Assembly (NCBI GenBank): GCA_002839705.1
Contig: PGYO01000012.1
Location: 2,909 to 34,908 of the forward strand
DNA from: Methanobacteriales archaeon HGW-Methanobacteriales-1
GTDB taxonomy: Archaea > Methanobacteriota > Methanobacteria > Methanobacteriales > Methanobacteriaceae
DNA length: 32,000 nt
Direction of reading: 5' to 3'
Shown: positions 29,756-32,000 of the stretch, in pieces
Numbering within the stretch: position 1 is the first letter of the stretch
How the letters are laid out: every line of letters starts with the position of its first letter
Notes under the pieces: model-generated
What the model was told of the DNA's origin: nothing
Database searches by the model: none
Seen by the model: the letters and a program-made list of their open reading frames with translations, nothing else
Made by a program: the position numbers and the translations under genes

Positions 29756-30058
29756 CTAAGTACTGGTTTTAGTAGAATTGGGCTTAGTAGTATTGGTTTT
29801 ACCACCAGTGTTATTGTGTTTAGTGGTGTTATGGCTGGTACTATTTGTTTTGGTGTAGACTACCTTATGAGTAGGCTCTTCAGTAGAGTTACTGTTATTG
29901 ACTGAGTAAGAAGTATTTGTAGTCGTATTATTGCCTAGTGCTAGCTGACTACTATTATTTAGGTCTTCTGACGGACTTATTAAGAAAACTGCATTTACTC
30001 CTGCCAGTAAGACAACTATAACGGCCATAACTGCTATGACAACAGTTTTATAATCCAT
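29756..30058 (-). CDS. small membrane-anchored Asn/Thr/Ser-rich protein dense in N-x-S/T sequons
   Basis: 100 aa. GGTGAT lies 3 nt upstream of the ATG. An N-terminal TM anchor (TVVIAVMAVIVVLLAGVNAVFLI) is followed by a low-complexity tail with about 12 N-x-S/T sequons. Confidence 0.65.
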   Translation of the reverse strand: MDYKTVVIAVMAVIVVLLAGVNAVFLISPSEDLNNSSQLALGNNTTTNTSYSVNNSNSTEEPTHKVVYTKTNSTSHNTTKHNNTGGKTNTTKPNSTKTST

Positions 30059-30422
30059 TTTATCACCTTAATAAAAATTTAGTAAAATATATTGATAGTT
30101 ATCAATCTTTTATTTTAGATAATCAATAATGATATTTATATATATCGAAGATAATTTTTTAATCATTTTTAAAGCTTATTTTTAACAAATTACTGTTTTT
30201 AAAGCAAAATCCATTTAATAAACGGGTTTCATTGAATTGCAGAAATTATTAAAAAATATAATTATTAATTTAATCCATTCAGTATATAAAATCATATAAA
30301 AATTAACAAATGAACTCATATTTGTATGAAAATTAAAATAATTCAAAAGTTAAAAAAGAATAAGATTAAATCTTTAATCTTATTTTTTCAATTTCAATAC
30401 ATTAATTTTGGTACTTTAATGA

Positions 30423-31724
30423 TTATTTGCTGTCTTTAGGAAGTTTACCATTCAAATAATCATCGTATCCTTGTAAATCAAGCATTCCATGGCCTGAGAA
30501 GCTGACCACGATTGTTTTTTCTTCGCCAGTTTTCTTACACTCTTTAGCTTCATCAATAGCTACTTTAATAGCGTGACAGGTTTCTGGAGCAGGTACTACT
30601 CCTTCTGCTTTAGCAAAAGTGATTCCACTTTGGAATACTTCATCTTGAGTTACAGTTCTACCTTCTATCAGACCTTCTTTAACTAGCAAAGCCACTTGTG
30701 GTGACATTCCATGGTAACGGAGTCCTCCTGCATGTACTGATGGAGGCACAAAGCTGTGGCCTAAGGTGTGCATTTTCATTCGAGGAGTCATCTCACCAGA
30801 ATCTGCAAAGTCGTAACAATACTCTCCCTGGGTAAGTGTTGGACAGGAGCTTGGTTCAGCTGCTATGAATTTACAGTCAATTTTTTCGTCAATTTGGTCT
30901 TTAATGAATGGGAAAACCGCACCACCAAAGTTACTTCCTCCACCTACACAACCAATCATGACATCTGGACTTTCATCAGCAATTTCCAGCTGTTTTTTAG
31001 TTTCCAATCCAATAACTGTTTGATGGAGTAATACATGGTTTAAAACACTTCCTAAAGTGTAGTAAACCTTATCATCTTGTAATGCTTCTTCCACAGCTTC
31101 TGAAATAGCAATACCTAATGAACCAGGGTGATCAGGATCTTCAGCCAATATTTTCCGCCCATATGCAGTGTCTGGACTTGGTGATGGGACCACATTTCCA
31201 CCGTATAATTGCATAATGGTTTTACGGAAAGGTTTCTGGTTGAAGGACACTTTTACCATGTACACTTTACATTCCATGTCTAGCATGGAACAGGCCAAGG
31301 ATAAAGCAGTTCCCCATTGTCCAGCACCGGTTTCAGTAGTTAATCGCTCTGCACCGTCTTTTTTAGCGTAATATGCTTGAGCAATAGCAGTATTTAGCTT
31401 GTGACTACCTGTAGGGGAGTAATCTTCTCTTTTGTAGTAGATTTTGGCTGGGGTGTCCAGTTGATCTTCCAGGTTTTTAGCTCTAAATAATGGACTTGGT
31501 CGTCCAATCATTTTATAAACATCTCTTACTTCTTTAGGAATATCGATCCATCTTTCTTGAGACATTTCCTGTTCCAGAACACCTTTTGAAAAGATTTTTG
31601 GAAGATTTGCAAGGTTTCCACCTTCTTCAGAGTCCTTATATTCTGGTAAAGGAACTGGTAAATCTGCATTTATATTGTACCATTTTTTTGGAATTTCATC
31701 CGAGGATAGTGTAATTTTGTACAT
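30423..31724 (-). CDS. trpB: tryptophan synthase beta-like protein, TrpB2 type
   Basis: 433 aa with the N-terminal extension [13 protein letters not shown] typical of TrpB2, the PLP-lysine motif [10 protein letters not shown], and GGGSN. No trpA is adjacent. Confidence 0.9.
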   Translation of the reverse strand: MYKITLSSDEIPKKWYNINADLPVPLPEYKDSEEGGNLANLPKIFSKGVLEQEMSQERWIDIPKEVRDVYKMIGRPSPLFRAKNLEDQLDTPAKIYYKREDYSPTGSHKLNTAIAQAYYAKKDGAERLTTETGAGQWGTALSLACSMLDMECKVYMVKVSFNQKPFRKTIMQLYGGNVVPSPSPDTAYGRKILAEDPDHPGSLGIAISEAVEEALQDDKVYYTLGSVLNHVLLHQTVIGLETKKQLEIADESPDVMIGCVGGGSNFGGAVFPFIKDQIDEKIDCKFIAAEPSSCPTLTQGEYCYDFADSGEMTPRMKMHTLGHSFVPPSVHAGGLRYHGMSPQVALLVKEGLIEGRTVTQDEVFQSGITFAKAEGVVPAPETCHAIKVAIDEAKECKKTGEEKTIVVSFSGHGMLDLQGYDDYLNGKLPKDSK

Positions 31725-32000
31725 TTGATCACCATTTTTTTATCTTATTTTTATTGCCCATAATTGATCTTAATATGCTATTTATTAATACCACACAGCA
31801 CTATTTAAATCTTTTTTGTACAAATATGTACTTTGAATTGCATCCATAATCATTATTATTGGTAGAATGAATTATTAATAGAATTAAAATATACTTTATT
31901 TATCTTAATAATCTTATTTCATTTCATTTTAGTTTTAGGAATTAGATTATTATTAGATATAAATATTTAAAATAAATAACTATTATATTCAATTTATAAT

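Overview
AT-rich archaeal chromosome, most likely from a Methanobacteriales-type, pseudomurein-walled methanogen. This rests on F420-dependent methylene-H4MPT dehydrogenase (Mtd), fused Fae-Hps, ThrRS with the archaeal N-terminal editing domain, a TrmB regulator, iron-sulfur flavoprotein and TrpB2. I support about 31 protein genes, most of them housekeeping: argS, ilvD, thrS, hisB, mtd, hcp, fae-hps, trpB2 and a CbiA/CfbB-type amidase. I saw no rRNA, tRNA, CRISPR array, transposase or integrase. One real gene is missing from the ORF track: a 51-aa rubredoxin at 9061..9216 (-), upstream of hcp. Three regions look most promising for undescribed biology. (1) A Soj-type ParA is coupled to a 170-aa protein that has a ParB-like N-terminal peptide but no ParB domain, and ends in a tail I read as ribbon-helix-helix-like. 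The cassette is bracketed by short arrays of TTATAA hexamers phased every 7 bp, and a third array lies 11 kb away. (2) A polytopic polymerase-like membrane protein is translationally coupled to a divergent MurG-like protein and followed by a stand-alone C39-like cysteine peptidase. This echoes bacterial ftsW-murG synteny. (3) The left edge holds tandem paralogs of unknown function with extreme G>C coding-strand skew that reverses in one internal segment. All functional calls come from motif recognition by eye; no searches were run.
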